Numbered from the stretch's first letter, positions 7,903 through 18,004 are shown. The stretch is DNA of 36,647 nt from Saprospiraceae bacterium (GCA_020436955.1 JAGQWW010000001.1:1-36647), one strand, 5' to 3'. The notes: generated by a model from the sequence alone, not told the origin. Translations and numbers: made by a program.

Positions 7903-8811
7903 TCATCGCTTATTCAAAGGGTGAAACTGCATAATGGTTTCTTTTAAATACTCTTTATCCAGGTGGGTATAAATCTCCGTGGTTGTGATAGATTCATGGC
8001 CTAGCATATCCTGCACTGCTTTTAAGTCAGCTCCTCCTTCGACAAGGTGGGTGGCAAAGGAGTGTCGAAAAGTATGTGGGCTAATATTTTTCTGAATGCC
8101 TACTTTCTCAGCCAATTCTTTTATTAATAAAAAGACATACACTCTGGTAAGGTGCTTCCCTCTTCGATTGAGAAAGACAAAGTTTTCTTCTTCTTTAGGT
8201 ATTTTCAATTTGGCACGGTCATATTGCAGATAATGCCGGATGTGTTTTATAGCGTCGTCTCCTATGGGAACCAATCTTTCTTTGTCGTTTTTGCCTATTA
8301 CTTTGATAAAGCCAACATCCAAAAAAAGGTTGGTTATTTTCAGATTGACCAGCTCACTCACGCGAAGACCGCATGCATACAAGGTTTCTAAAAGTGCACG
8401 ATTCCTTGTACCATATGGCGTGGAAAGATCAATGACAGCCAACATAGCCTGAATCTCACCAAAAGTTAATACTTCCGGTATTTTCCTTGATAACTTGGGT
8501 GCTTCGAGTAATTCGGTAGGGTTATCCTTGATGAGGTCCTCCATAAGGAGGTACTTGTAGAAAGCTTTTATCCCGGAAATCAAACGGGCCTGGCTGCGGA
8601 CATCCAAACCAATCTTCCCCATAAATACCAGGAATTTTTCGAAATCCTCGTGGTCCAATTGACCGGGGGAAGCCTCTATTGACTCAATGTCAAGGTATTC
8701 CTTTAATTTGGTAACATCACGCAGGTAGGAGTCAATGGTATTAGGACTCAAAGCCCTTTCCAGCCTCATATAATTTTTGAAACCTTTGATGTAATGATCC
8801 CAGTTAGCCAC
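7903..8811 (-). CDS. xerD: Site-specific tyrosine recombinase XerD
   Basis: 302 aa. N-terminal SAM-like core-binding domain (LSPNTIDSYLRDVTKL). Catalytic motifs ACGLRVSEL, HTFRHSFATHL and LGHESITTTEIYTHL are present. The start appears to be GTG at 8811. Confidence 0.85.
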   Translation of the reverse strand: MANWDHYIKGFKNYMRLERALSPNTIDSYLRDVTKLKEYLDIESIEASPGQLDHEDFEKFLVFMGKIGLDVRSQARLISGIKAFYKYLLMEDLIKDNPTELLEAPKLSRKIPEVLTFGEIQAMLAVIDLSTPYGTRNRALLETLYACGLRVSELVNLKITNLFLDVGFIKVIGKNDKERLVPIGDDAIKHIRHYLQYDRAKLKIPKEEENFVFLNRRGKHLTRVYVFLLIKELAEKVGIQKNISPHTFRHSFATHLVEGGADLKAVQDMLGHESITTTEIYTHLDKEYLKETIMQFHPLNKR

Positions 8812-8844
8812 TTCCTAATTTTTGGCTAAGATACTATTTGGACA

Positions 8845-9621
8845 TCAGACTAATTCTTTCTCTAGAGGTCGTTGGAGATTAATAGAACCCTTGTTCAATT
8901 TTTCAACACCTTCTATGGTGGCAGCAATGGTACCTAAAACTGGTGCTACTAAAACACCCACCACTGTAATAAGCAATCCAAGGAAAACAACACCGTTTCC
9001 GATCGCAGACCATCTGTTATTTTTCATAAAAGCAACACTCTGGCTTACTGAAAAATGCCTTTCTAAAAAGAAGTCAAAATTGCCAAAGCCCGCATAATAG
9101 GATTGCACGATAAAAATGGCCGCTGTCGTAAAAGGTGCGAATATTGGAATCAAACCCAGCAGCAATAAGACAACTGTAAAAAGTAATTCCCAAAACAGAT
9201 TTCGGATAGCGATACTCAGACCCCGGAAGAAATCCTTCACCATCCCAGGTACACTTATTTTTGTCTTGGAAGTATCTCCCGTAAGGTATTTCTCAACCTT
9301 CTCAGAAAGTGGTGACATGAAAGGGCCGGCAAGCACAACAATCAGGTTTTTGTAAACCAACAAACCCAAAATTGCAATTAATAATCCTCCGGTAACTGAA
9401 GCTATTTTTTCAATTACGCCTGCTCCCCATTCCCAGGGATACCAACCTATAATAATCCTTCCAATATCATCAGCAAGGCCGTATGCGGTGCTAAAAATTC
9501 CAATTGCCAATAGCAAACTAATGATTGCAGGTACCAGGGCATAAGCCCACAATTTTAGTTTTGATATTATTTGAAAAGCCTGAGTATAAGCTCGAAAGGA
9601 TCGAAAAATCGAGTTGATCAT
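8845..9621 (-). CDS. EI24/CysZ-like integral membrane protein
   Basis: 258 aa with about 5-6 TM segments. Overall pattern (LAGPFMSPLSEKVE, FWELLFTVVLLLLGLIPI, QSYYAGFGNFDFFLERH) resembles the EI24 domain family. Assigned by eye only. Confidence 0.55.
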   Translation of the reverse strand: MINSIFRSFRAYTQAFQIISKLKLWAYALVPAIISLLLAIGIFSTAYGLADDIGRIIIGWYPWEWGAGVIEKIASVTGGLLIAILGLLVYKNLIVVLAGPFMSPLSEKVEKYLTGDTSKTKISVPGMVKDFFRGLSIAIRNLFWELLFTVVLLLLGLIPIFAPFTTAAIFIVQSYYAGFGNFDFFLERHFSVSQSVAFMKNNRWSAIGNGVVFLGLLITVVGVLVAPVLGTIAATIEGVEKLNKGSINLQRPLEKELV

Positions 9622-9742
9622 ATTTTTAATTTAAACAGAGTCCTAAAATGGCTGATTTTCAATGATTTTAAAACATTTTTATACCAATTTCCATTATTTA
9701 TGGACAGGTGTCTTTTTTGCAAAACCTCAAAATTTGAAGCAT

Positions 9743-10651
9743 ATGTATTCCCTCAGAATCACGGCTTTAGTTATCACATCCCTTCTTTTTGCTTGTAGTG
9801 CAAGTAATCCAAGTGAACCCCCGGTAAATGGTCCAACACAAACTTTATCAAAACAATTTAAGGACTATTGGTACGATGGGAATGCTGAAATAGCAAGTTA
9901 TCAATTGACACAATCCAGATATGGTGAGCAAAGGAAAGGAAGTGCTGTTTGGGTTTTTGTAACGGAGGATTTTTCTGCTAAAAAGCAGGTGAAGCTGGAC
10001 AATCCACAAGCTGCTGGAAAGGACAAAGTTTCTGTGCTCAAATTAAATGCCCTGCGAAAATTTGTAACCGGAATATACGATTATGCAATCATGCAGTCTG
10101 TCTTTACTCCAATTGAGGTGAAGCAATATCCAATGAGTTTAAAGACCACTTTTTCATCACAGGATTGGTGTGGTCAATCCTTCATGCAGTTAAATTATCG
10201 TGATAAGGGCTATGAGGTGAAGCAATTCAGTTATTTTGAATCTGAAGGAGATGAAAAAATTACCTTGCCGGCAACCCTACTGGAAGATGAAATACCAAAT
10301 AGGATACGATTTAATCCGGCCGAACTTCCTACCGGACAAATCAGCCTAATACCTTCGGCCGTATATGCCAGACTGCAACATAAATCCATCGAACCACAAC
10401 AGGCTACTGTTAGTTTGGAAGATTTTTCAGAGACCGAAAGTCTTTACACAATTCAGTATGATAATATAGACCGGGTAGTTCAATTCAGGTTCGAAAAAAC
10501 CTTTCCAAATTATATAACCTGGTGGAGAGAAAAGGATGGCAATCAACCGGAAACAATAGCCACTTTGCTAAAACACGATAGATTACCTTATTGGGGTCTA
10601 CATGATAATGATGATTTATACTTGAGGGACAGCATTGGAATGGGATTTTAG
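9743..10651 (+). CDS. Hypothetical lipoprotein
   Basis: The ORF reads MYSLRITALVITSLLFAC-SASN from ATG 9743, a lipoprotein signal. I recognised no family. The upstream extension to 9662 lacks signal-peptide logic. Confidence 0.6.
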   Translation: MYSLRITALVITSLLFACSASNPSEPPVNGPTQTLSKQFKDYWYDGNAEIASYQLTQSRYGEQRKGSAVWVFVTEDFSAKKQVKLDNPQAAGKDKVSVLKLNALRKFVTGIYDYAIMQSVFTPIEVKQYPMSLKTTFSSQDWCGQSFMQLNYRDKGYEVKQFSYFESEGDEKITLPATLLEDEIPNRIRFNPAELPTGQISLIPSAVYARLQHKSIEPQQATVSLEDFSETESLYTIQYDNIDRVVQFRFEKTFPNYITWWREKDGNQPETIATLLKHDRLPYWGLHDNDDLYLRDSIGMGF

Positions 10652-10790
10652 GATTGGATTTAGGAGGATTAATAGGATTATGGATTGGGATTGGGATTAT
10701 TGGATTGGATTAGAAGGATTAACTGGATTATGGATTGGGATTGTTGGATTGGATTAAAGGGATTTTTTGGATTATGGATTTATTGATGGG
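10651..10790. repeat. Imperfect tandem repeat (about 45-51 bp unit, 3 copies) built from GGATT pentamers
   Basis: Units start at 10651, 10702 and 10746. Each reads GGATTGGATT-N4/5-GGATT-N4-GGATTATGGATT(GGGATT). The region fills the whole gap between two convergent genes. Confidence 0.85.
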
Positions 10791-11729
10791 TTAATTTTTT
10801 GGGCTGTATTTTAATAATCGGCCTTTATCGCCTTTTTTTCCTTCGGAAGAAATCCAAAGTGTACCATCCGGTTCGAAAGCAATTCCTTCGGGTTGAGGAA
10901 GTACTGATTTAGAGAGTTTATGCAGTAATAGTACCTCACCTTGTTCAGATAGAACCAGGATTAATTTTCCTACAGAGGATAGGATATAAAAATCACCAGT
11001 TTGAGGATGTTGCGCGATACCGGAAGGGCCAAAGGTGAATCCACCTTCTTCCGGGTTGAGTTTGTCCATTACCTTTTCTGCATTCTTCAGTACAGCCCCG
11101 TCTCCCAGGTAATGCTGGATCATTCCCAGTCTAATTTGGAAAATTGGTTGGCTATCTAATTGCATCGAATCCAGTCTAAAAGCATAAATATTCTTTACTG
11201 TGTCAGGTGTACCCTCGACAACTCCCTTACAAGAAAGCAAAAGAGCATTTTTAGAAGCATACCAACCTAAACCTTCAACATTAGCTGATTTATTTAAAAA
11301 GGTCTTGTGGCGGTCAACCTGTACTGAATCATTCTCAAGAAGGCTCACACTGTAGATATCTCCTTTGCTGGTTACGGTATAGGCTTTACCATTGACCCAC
11401 TCTACTCCTTCAAAATCACCATCACCCCAAAAAGGAATCTCCTTTTCTACTTTGCCCGTAGCAGTGCTGATGAAGAATAGAATGCCTGCTTCATCTTGTA
11501 GTGCCACCAACTGATTTTTCTCTGAAACGTAACCAAGGCCTGAAATTTCCTCCAAAAGGGGAGGCAATGAATAGGTCGTATCAGGATTTTCAAAATCATA
11601 GGATAGAGTGAATCCCGGATCTTGAAATACTACCATTTCCTCTGCAACAGGTTTACAGGCATTTACTCCAAAAAAATTAAGGAGCGGCAGGGTTATCAGG
11701 AAAATCCACATTGTCATCGTACGCTTCAC
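10791..11729 (-). CDS. SdiA-regulated / beta-propeller (phytase-like) domain secreted protein
   Basis: Signal peptide present. Motifs EEISGLGY, DFEGVEW, EGLGW and PEGIAFEPDGTLWISSEG recur as propeller-blade-like repeats typical of the SdiA-regulated family. The start may be GTG at 11729 or ATG at 11717. Confidence 0.55.
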   Translation of the reverse strand: MKRTMTMWIFLITLPLLNFFGVNACKPVAEEMVVFQDPGFTLSYDFENPDTTYSLPPLLEEISGLGYVSEKNQLVALQDEAGILFFISTATGKVEKEIPFWGDGDFEGVEWVNGKAYTVTSKGDIYSVSLLENDSVQVDRHKTFLNKSANVEGLGWYASKNALLLSCKGVVEGTPDTVKNIYAFRLDSMQLDSQPIFQIRLGMIQHYLGDGAVLKNAEKVMDKLNPEEGGFTFGPSGIAQHPQTGDFYILSSVGKLILVLSEQGEVLLLHKLSKSVLPQPEGIAFEPDGTLWISSEGKKGDKGRLLKYSPKN

Positions 11730-11867
11730 TTTAAATTGGTCCAGGTATTAAAAAGAGGTAAACATCATGTAAACTGTAAGGGAAAATAAAGGGGTTTTTA
11801 CCGATAAATCTTCGATATAGGCTGCTTTTTCCCATCTTTGCCGGGATCAAATAAAAGAATAAATTTC

Positions 11868-12302
11868 ATGAAAGTAAAAGTCATTAATAAATCATCAAAT
11901 GATTTGCCGGCATATGAAACCGCTGGTAGTGCAGGTATGGATTTAAGAGCAGATATTTCCGAGGCAATTACCATAGGTTCCTTGGAAAGAACGCTAATTC
12001 CTACCGGTTTATTTATTGAATTACCACAAGGTTTTGAAGCACAAATACGTCCAAGAAGTGGTTTGGCTATAAAAAAGGGTCTTTCTCTTGTAAATACTCC
12101 TGGAACAATTGACAGTGATTACAGGGGTGAAATAAAGGTTATTGTGGTAAATCTTTCCAAAGAAACCCAAACCATTGAGCCTTCTGAACGTATTGCACAG
12201 ATGGTAATTGCGAAATATGAGCTAATTGAATGGGAAGCAGTTGAAAATCTCTCAGATTCGGAAAGAGGAGCAGGAGGATTTGGAAGTACAGGAGTAAAGT
12301 AA
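11868..12302 (+). CDS. dut: dUTP diphosphatase
   Basis: 144 aa from ATG 11868. dUTPase motifs [22 protein letters not shown] and [10 protein letters not shown] are present. Confidence 0.95.
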   Translation: MKVKVINKSSNDLPAYETAGSAGMDLRADISEAITIGSLERTLIPTGLFIELPQGFEAQIRPRSGLAIKKGLSLVNTPGTIDSDYRGEIKVIVVNLSKETQTIEPSERIAQMVIAKYELIEWEAVENLSDSERGAGGFGSTGVK

Positions 12303-12333
12303 ACCAGCGACCAATTACCCTAAAAACAATTGT

Positions 12334-13338
12334 ATGAAGATAATTATCCCAATGGCCGGAAGAGGAACCCGGCTAAGACCCCATACCTTAACCGTTCCCA
12401 AACCATTGATTCCCATTGCCGGAAAACCTATGGTACAGAGATTGGTAGAGGATTTGAATCGAGGATTAGATGAAAAGGTAGATGAGATTGCATTTATCAT
12501 TGGCGATTTCGGAAAAGAGGTAGAGCAACAACTCAAAGAAATTGCAAAATCCATAGGGGCTACCGGGAAAATATATTACCAGGATCAGCCATTAGGTATC
12601 GCACATGCTTTGCTTTGTGCAAGAGAAAGTATGGAAGGAAAAGTAATGGTGGCTTTTTCGGACACCCTTTTTAAAGCTGATTTTAAATTCAACTCCAATG
12701 AAGATGGGGTAATATGGGTCCAACGAGTTGAAAATCCTTCTGCTTTTGGTGTTGTCACCACTAATGAAGAAGGAGTTATTACTCACTTTGTCGAAAAACC
12801 ACAGGAATTCGTTTCTGATCAAGCCATTGTCGGGATCTATTATTTTAAGGATGGAGAAAATCTGGAAAAGGAATTGCAATACCTTTTGGATAACGACATA
12901 AAGGTGAAAGGAGAATTTCAGCTTACTTCTGCTCTTGAAAACATGGAGAAGAATGGTCTTCAATTCAAAACTGGAGAAATTGAAGAATGGCTGGATTGTG
13001 GAAATAAAGATGCAGTGGTATACACCAATCAGCGGATGCTTGAAATCTATAAAGGATCAAAAACCGTTTCCAACAGTGCTAAAGTAAAAAACAGCATTAT
13101 CAGAATGCCTTGTTTTATCGGAGATGATGTTGAAATAAAGAACTGTGTGATAGGACCGTATGTTTCTATTGGTGAAAAATCTGTAGTCAAAAACTCTGTA
13201 ATCAAAAACAGCGTTATACAATCAAATACCACTGTGCGTAATGCACTGTTGGAAAACTCTATGATTGGAAATCACGTTATATACGAAGGAACCAAGTCAG
13301 AAATTGACATGGGCGATTATTCAAAAAAGAAAGAATGA
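12334..13338 (+). CDS. Sugar-phosphate nucleotidyltransferase with C-terminal left-handed beta-helix
   Basis: N-terminal motif IIPMAGRGTRLRPHTLTVPKPL (NTP_transferase G-x-G-T-R). C-terminal hexapeptide-like repeats (VIGPYVSIGEKSVVKNSVIKNSVIQ). Confidence 0.8.
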   Translation: MKIIIPMAGRGTRLRPHTLTVPKPLIPIAGKPMVQRLVEDLNRGLDEKVDEIAFIIGDFGKEVEQQLKEIAKSIGATGKIYYQDQPLGIAHALLCARESMEGKVMVAFSDTLFKADFKFNSNEDGVIWVQRVENPSAFGVVTTNEEGVITHFVEKPQEFVSDQAIVGIYYFKDGENLEKELQYLLDNDIKVKGEFQLTSALENMEKNGLQFKTGEIEEWLDCGNKDAVVYTNQRMLEIYKGSKTVSNSAKVKNSIIRMPCFIGDDVEIKNCVIGPYVSIGEKSVVKNSVIKNSVIQSNTTVRNALLENSMIGNHVIYEGTKSEIDMGDYSKKKE

Positions 13339-15068
13339 CTGTAAAATATCTTTATAATATTCTACTTAAAACTGCCAATGGAAAAGCGCTGATTGCCTTT
13401 TTATTGGCTGTTTTTTTCATAGGTAATTCTTATGCGCAGCACTCTGAAGTTGAAGCCAAATTACAGAGTGTTTTTATTGAAGCCAACAAGGAAAAGCTAT
13501 TGGGCAATTATGACAAAGCTATTCCATTATTTGAAGAGGTATTGAGTAAAGACCCTTCAAATGATGTAGCTGCTTTTGAATTGTCAAGGGTACTAAATGA
13601 AGCAAAAAGAGGGCAGGAGGCCATTAAATATGCTAAAAAAGCAGTTTCACTGGACCCTGAGAATTTGTGGTATGCACTTTACCTTGGAGACCTTTACCAT
13701 TCAATGGAAATGTATACGGATGCCGCAGCTGTATTTGGCGACCTTGCCATAAAACATCCTGAGAATGAAGATTATTTGCTTAAAAAAGCCTTCTTTCTAG
13801 TAAAAGCCAACCAACCGGATGCTGCTATCGAAGTGTATGAAACGCTTGAAAAGAAGATGGGTATCAATGAAGAAATTACCCGCCGTAAACATTCGCTTTA
13901 TTTGGGAATGGGTGATTATAAAAATGCCGCAAAGGAATTGATAGCATTGGGAAATGCATTTCCAAATAACGTTCAATACAAACACCTGCTTGCTACATTT
14001 TACAAACAAATTGGTGAAGAAGGAAAAGCACAGAACGTATATGAGGAAATCTTAAATATTGCTCCGGATGATGCCGAAGCCTTGCTTGCTGTTAAAGGTA
14101 AATCGAATGCCGGAGGCAATATGAATGATTTTGTTGCTGCGCTTAAACCAATTTTCAATAATCCTGATGTAGGGCTAGATATGAAGGTACGGGAAATCAT
14201 TCCACAAATTCAGGTAGTTGCAAATACAGGTGATCAAAATCTCGCCGCCGGATTACTTGAACTTACTCAAGTACTTGAAAAAACCCATCCGGGTGAAGCA
14301 AAAGTATATGCTATAGCAGGTGATATTTACTTCCATACAGGACAATATGAGGAAGCAAAAAAACAGTATGCAAAAACACTGGAACTGGATGAATCTGTCT
14401 ATCTGGTCTGGGAACAATACCTTATTTGCCTGGAAGAATTGAAAGATTATGAGGAGCTGGCCAAGCAATCGGAAAATGCTTTAGATGTATTTCCTAACCA
14501 GGGAATGATTTATTATTTAAATGGAATAGCCAGGAGAGAAACGGGTGATCTACCCGGTGCAGTTTTGTCTCTCAACCAGGCAAGAATTATGTCCGGAAGG
14601 AATCCGCATGTCCTGTATTCGGTTGAAATTGAACTTGCAAAAGCTTATCATTCACTGAATAAATTTGAGAAATCGGATGAATCTTTTGCGAAAGCAATAG
14701 AGATGAATCCAAAGGATCCTTTCCTTTTGCAAAGCTATGCAGAATGCCTTTTGGAAAGAGGTGCGATGCCTGAAAAGGCGATGGAGATGGCCAGCCTTGC
14801 TGCAGAACTACAACCCGGCAATCCATCAATGACCGCTACCTTAGGATGGGTTAATTACCAGGAAGGGAATTATGAAAAAGCAGAGGCAGCTTTGAAAGAG
14901 GCCTTCAGTAAAAAACCTTCTGCTGAAATTGCAGAGCGATTGGGTGATACTTTAATTCAACAAAACAAGACGGAAGAAGCGGTAGGTTTTTGGGAAAAAG
15001 CACTTGAATTAGAACCGGGCAGAAAAGGGATAAAAGAGAAAATAAGTACCAGAACCTTACCTAAATAA
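13335..15068 (+). CDS. Tetratricopeptide-repeat (TPR) protein with N-terminal signal or anchor
   Basis: 577 aa. It has many 34-residue A/Y/L-patterned repeats (for example GNYDKAIPLFEEVLSKDPSN and GNYEKAEAALKEAFSKKPS). The start overlaps the previous stop (ATGA). Confidence 0.8.
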   Translation: MTVKYLYNILLKTANGKALIAFLLAVFFIGNSYAQHSEVEAKLQSVFIEANKEKLLGNYDKAIPLFEEVLSKDPSNDVAAFELSRVLNEAKRGQEAIKYAKKAVSLDPENLWYALYLGDLYHSMEMYTDAAAVFGDLAIKHPENEDYLLKKAFFLVKANQPDAAIEVYETLEKKMGINEEITRRKHSLYLGMGDYKNAAKELIALGNAFPNNVQYKHLLATFYKQIGEEGKAQNVYEEILNIAPDDAEALLAVKGKSNAGGNMNDFVAALKPIFNNPDVGLDMKVREIIPQIQVVANTGDQNLAAGLLELTQVLEKTHPGEAKVYAIAGDIYFHTGQYEEAKKQYAKTLELDESVYLVWEQYLICLEELKDYEELAKQSENALDVFPNQGMIYYLNGIARRETGDLPGAVLSLNQARIMSGRNPHVLYSVEIELAKAYHSLNKFEKSDESFAKAIEMNPKDPFLLQSYAECLLERGAMPEKAMEMASLAAELQPGNPSMTATLGWVNYQEGNYEKAEAALKEAFSKKPSAEIAERLGDTLIQQNKTEEAVGFWEKALELEPGRKGIKEKISTRTLPK

Positions 15069-16223
15069 TCAAGCTCTAGGCATCCTCACAGTAAAGGTAG
15101 TACCGGCATCTTGTTCTGAAGTCTTCACAAAGATTTTTCCCTTGTGGTATTGTTCTACAATACGTTTAGCGAGTGATAATCCAAGTCCCCAACCACGCTT
15201 TTTGGTAGTAAACCCGGGTTGGAAGACCGTTTTAAATTTGGACGAAGGAATACCCTTTCCTGTATCTGATATTTCAATATCAATCCACTTTCCGTTTTCG
15301 ATAACCACTGCTGAAATGGTACCCTTACCATCCATGGCATCCAATGCATTGCGCAACAGGTTTTCAATTACCCAATGGAAAAGGTGATTATTAATTTCAA
15401 TAGTAATCGGAGCATGATCGACGCCTGGAAATTCAAAATTCACCTTTCTTGGTGCCCGACGTTCCATGTAAACTTTTGTTTTTTCCAACTCCTCATACAC
15501 ATTGGCCGGTTCCAACTCTGGAGCAGATCCAATCTTAGAAAACCGGTCTGCAATAAGTTCCAAACGAGTTACATCATTTCGTAGCTCATCCATCACTTCC
15601 ATGGTCTCCGTATCTTCTTCTTTCAGAAATCTTAAGTGATCAATCCAACCTATAATAGCAGAAATAGGCGTACCCAATTGGTGTGCAGTTTCCTTAGCCA
15701 TTCCCACCCATACGAGGTTTTGTTCAAAGCGACGAGCTGAAGAAAAGGCTACATATCCAAACCAAACAAATACTGTAATCAGGAAAAACTGAATGAAGGG
15801 GAAAATCTCCAACATCCTAAGGAGATGTGACTTTTTGTAATAAATCTTTTGGCCTTCAGCCCCCATAATTGGTTCGGCGCCACTTGCTTTTATCTCTTCC
15901 AATTCTTTTTTTAAAAATTCCTGGTCAAGATCTTTTTCTTCCCCAAAATTTGCAGCTGCATCAATACCTCCATCCAAATTTTCTAAGATAACCGGTATGG
16001 TAGTATTGTCCCGAATGATATTTAAATGGAGCGTAATATCACAGGAATCGAGCGCCATGGATAGCCTACTGGTGGCAAAAGCCCATTGCTCAACTTTTTT
16101 TTGCTCTTCCAGTGCTAGTTTTTGGGTAACATCGAAAGTGAAATATGCGGAAAAGCCAACAATTACTACTGCTGCAATTGCGAGGTATATTTTCCATTTC
16201 GATTTTTCCCTGTAGATACTCAT
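15069..16223 (-). CDS. Sensor histidine kinase (two TM segments, HisKA plus HATPase_c)
   Basis: H-box ETAHQLGTPISAI, N-box NLLRNALDAM, G1 SDTGKGIP, G2 GWGLGLSLAKRIV. No response regulator gene is adjacent. Confidence 0.85.
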   Translation of the reverse strand: MSIYREKSKWKIYLAIAAVVIVGFSAYFTFDVTQKLALEEQKKVEQWAFATSRLSMALDSCDITLHLNIIRDNTTIPVILENLDGGIDAAANFGEEKDLDQEFLKKELEEIKASGAEPIMGAEGQKIYYKKSHLLRMLEIFPFIQFFLITVFVWFGYVAFSSARRFEQNLVWVGMAKETAHQLGTPISAIIGWIDHLRFLKEEDTETMEVMDELRNDVTRLELIADRFSKIGSAPELEPANVYEELEKTKVYMERRAPRKVNFEFPGVDHAPITIEINNHLFHWVIENLLRNALDAMDGKGTISAVVIENGKWIDIEISDTGKGIPSSKFKTVFQPGFTTKKRGWGLGLSLAKRIVEQYHKGKIFVKTSEQDAGTTFTVRMPRA

Positions 16224-16259
16224 AATAGATAAGCACGATAAACGAGTAGCTAATATAGC

Positions 16260-17027
16260 TTATTGTTGGTTGCCTAAGGCAGCTTCACGCAATCGTTGTA
16301 AGAATGGAGACGCAAAGATGAAACCTTGCAGGATTTCATTATCACTGGTCAAAACCTCATCCTTGTTTCCTTGCCAGGCCACTTTGCCTTCATATAAAAG
16401 CGCAATACTATCACCAATCTCCATCACGGAGTTCATATCGTGCGTATTGATGATCGTTGTTATATTATTTTCAAGCGTGATATCCCTGATCAATTCATCA
16501 ATTAAAAGAGAAGTTTTTGGGTCCAAACCGGAGTTCGGTTCATCACAAAATAGGTACTGAGGATTAAGGACGATGGCACGGGCAATACCTACCCTTTTCT
16601 GCATACCTCCTGAAATTTCAGAAGGGAATTTATCATTGGATCCGTCCAGGTTTACACGTTCCAGACATTCATTTACCCTTTTGCGTTTTTCTTTCAGTGT
16701 TAGATTGGTAAACATGTCAAGCGGGAAGCGGATATTTTCCTCTACTGTCATAGAGTCGAATAGGGCTGAACCCTGGAAAAGCATCCCTACTTTCATTCGG
16801 ATTTCCCGGACTGATTTTTTATCAAGTTGTGTAAAATTGACATCGTCGTAATACACACTTCCATCTGTGGGATGTAATAAGCCAACCAGGATTTTTAGGA
16901 GCACGGTTTTACCGGCCCCGCTTCGCCCAATAATCAAATTGGTATGGCCCTTTTTAAACTCCAGGGAAATATCCTTTAGAACTTCAGTTTCCCCAAAAGA
17001 CTTAAATATATTTTCAGCTCGGATCAT
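16260..17027 (-). CDS. mlaF: ABC transporter ATP-binding protein (MlaF-like)
   Basis: Walker A GRSGAGKT, signature ISGGMQKRVGIARA, Walker B LFCDEPNSGLD. It lies immediately downstream of an MlaE-type permease gene. Confidence 0.8.
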   Translation of the reverse strand: MIRAENIFKSFGETEVLKDISLEFKKGHTNLIIGRSGAGKTVLLKILVGLLHPTDGSVYYDDVNFTQLDKKSVREIRMKVGMLFQGSALFDSMTVEENIRFPLDMFTNLTLKEKRKRVNECLERVNLDGSNDKFPSEISGGMQKRVGIARAIVLNPQYLFCDEPNSGLDPKTSLLIDELIRDITLENNITTIINTHDMNSVMEIGDSIALLYEGKVAWQGNKDEVLTSDNEILQGFIFASPFLQRLREAALGNQQ

Positions 17028-17053
17028 TCGAAAAAATCAACTTGATGACTGGA

Positions 17054-17818
17054 TTAGCCGGTTAACAAAACAGCAATCACATAGTCTGCTGTCAAAATCA
17101 AAATATTACTAATTACAACTGCCCTGGTACTTGCTTCTCCTAGTTCAATACTTCCGCCTTTTACAAAATAACCCTGGTAACAGGAAACAGTAGTCAGGAT
17201 ATAAGAAAACACAATAGACTTAATAAACATCATCGTCACATTGTGGGGATCAAAAAACGCCCTGACACCTCGGATATAATCATCAGCAGTAATCTCTCCG
17301 GTAGGTACAGTAGCTATATATCCACCACAAATCGCAACAAAGGCAGAGATGATTACCAATAAAGGAATTACCACCAAAGCTGCTGTTAGTTTTGGCATGA
17401 TCAGGAATGCGGAAGTGTTTACACCCATGATTTCCATGGCATCAATGTGTTCCTTTTGTCTCATTCCACCCAACTCAGCAGCCATATTGGAACCCACCTT
17501 TCCTGCCAACACCAGGCAAGTAATAGTAGGAGCTGACTCAATAATCGCAAGGTCCCTAACGATGTAACCTATATAATAACGTGGCACCAACTGGCCATCC
17601 AACTGGTAAGCAAACTGAATAGCCGCAACCGCTCCCATGAAAATGGAAATCAGACAAACAATAACTATCGAACCAATACCGATATCGTCCATTTGCCTGG
17701 TAATCTCTTTCCAGTATACCCGCATTTTTTCCGGCTTGGAAAAAACGTTCCCCATCATTATCATATATCTTCCCAGGTGGAAGACCAGATCTCGAGGAAC
17801 TTTTAAAAGAAAGTCCAT
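17054..17818 (-). CDS. mlaE: MlaE family ABC transporter permease
   Basis: 254 aa, multi-TM. MlaE-like segments are GIGSIVIV, RDLAIIESAPTITCLVLAGKVGS and GEASTRAVVISNILILTADYVI. Confidence 0.8.
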   Translation of the reverse strand: MDFLLKVPRDLVFHLGRYMIMMGNVFSKPEKMRVYWKEITRQMDDIGIGSIVIVCLISIFMGAVAAIQFAYQLDGQLVPRYYIGYIVRDLAIIESAPTITCLVLAGKVGSNMAAELGGMRQKEHIDAMEIMGVNTSAFLIMPKLTAALVVIPLLVIISAFVAICGGYIATVPTGEITADDYIRGVRAFFDPHNVTMMFIKSIVFSYILTTVSCYQGYFVKGGSIELGEASTRAVVISNILILTADYVIAVLLTG

Positions 17819-18004
17819 CTATGATATTTTAATATCCTTTCAAATCGGCTTAAAGGTAAAGATTTATCGAAAGGCAACGACGATTAATGCAGCAAAATGC
17901 AATTTCTTACAAAAGAAAGAATTTTGAATCTGCCGGCGACTAAAATCTGAGTAAAATCATTTGCCCTAAGTGGATATAAGCTTTTGGTATTTTTATTTTT
18001 TGTT

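Noticed and set aside
7903-8811. xerD as the integrase of a mobile or integrative element
   Set aside because: It has housekeeping XerD architecture and length. The flanking genes are ordinary chromosomal genes. I saw no flanking direct repeats, no tRNA-adjacent att site, and no cargo genes.
10651-10790. GGATT repeat region as a CRISPR array
   Set aside because: The units are contiguous, degenerate and internally repetitive with no unique spacers. No cas genes or leader are nearby.
16260-17818. MlaFE pair as an incomplete or novel transporter because no MlaD-type substrate-binding gene is adjacent
   Set aside because: As far as I recall, separation of the MCE/MlaD component from MlaFE occurs in Bacteroidota. 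Its absence from a 36-kb window is not evidence of novelty.
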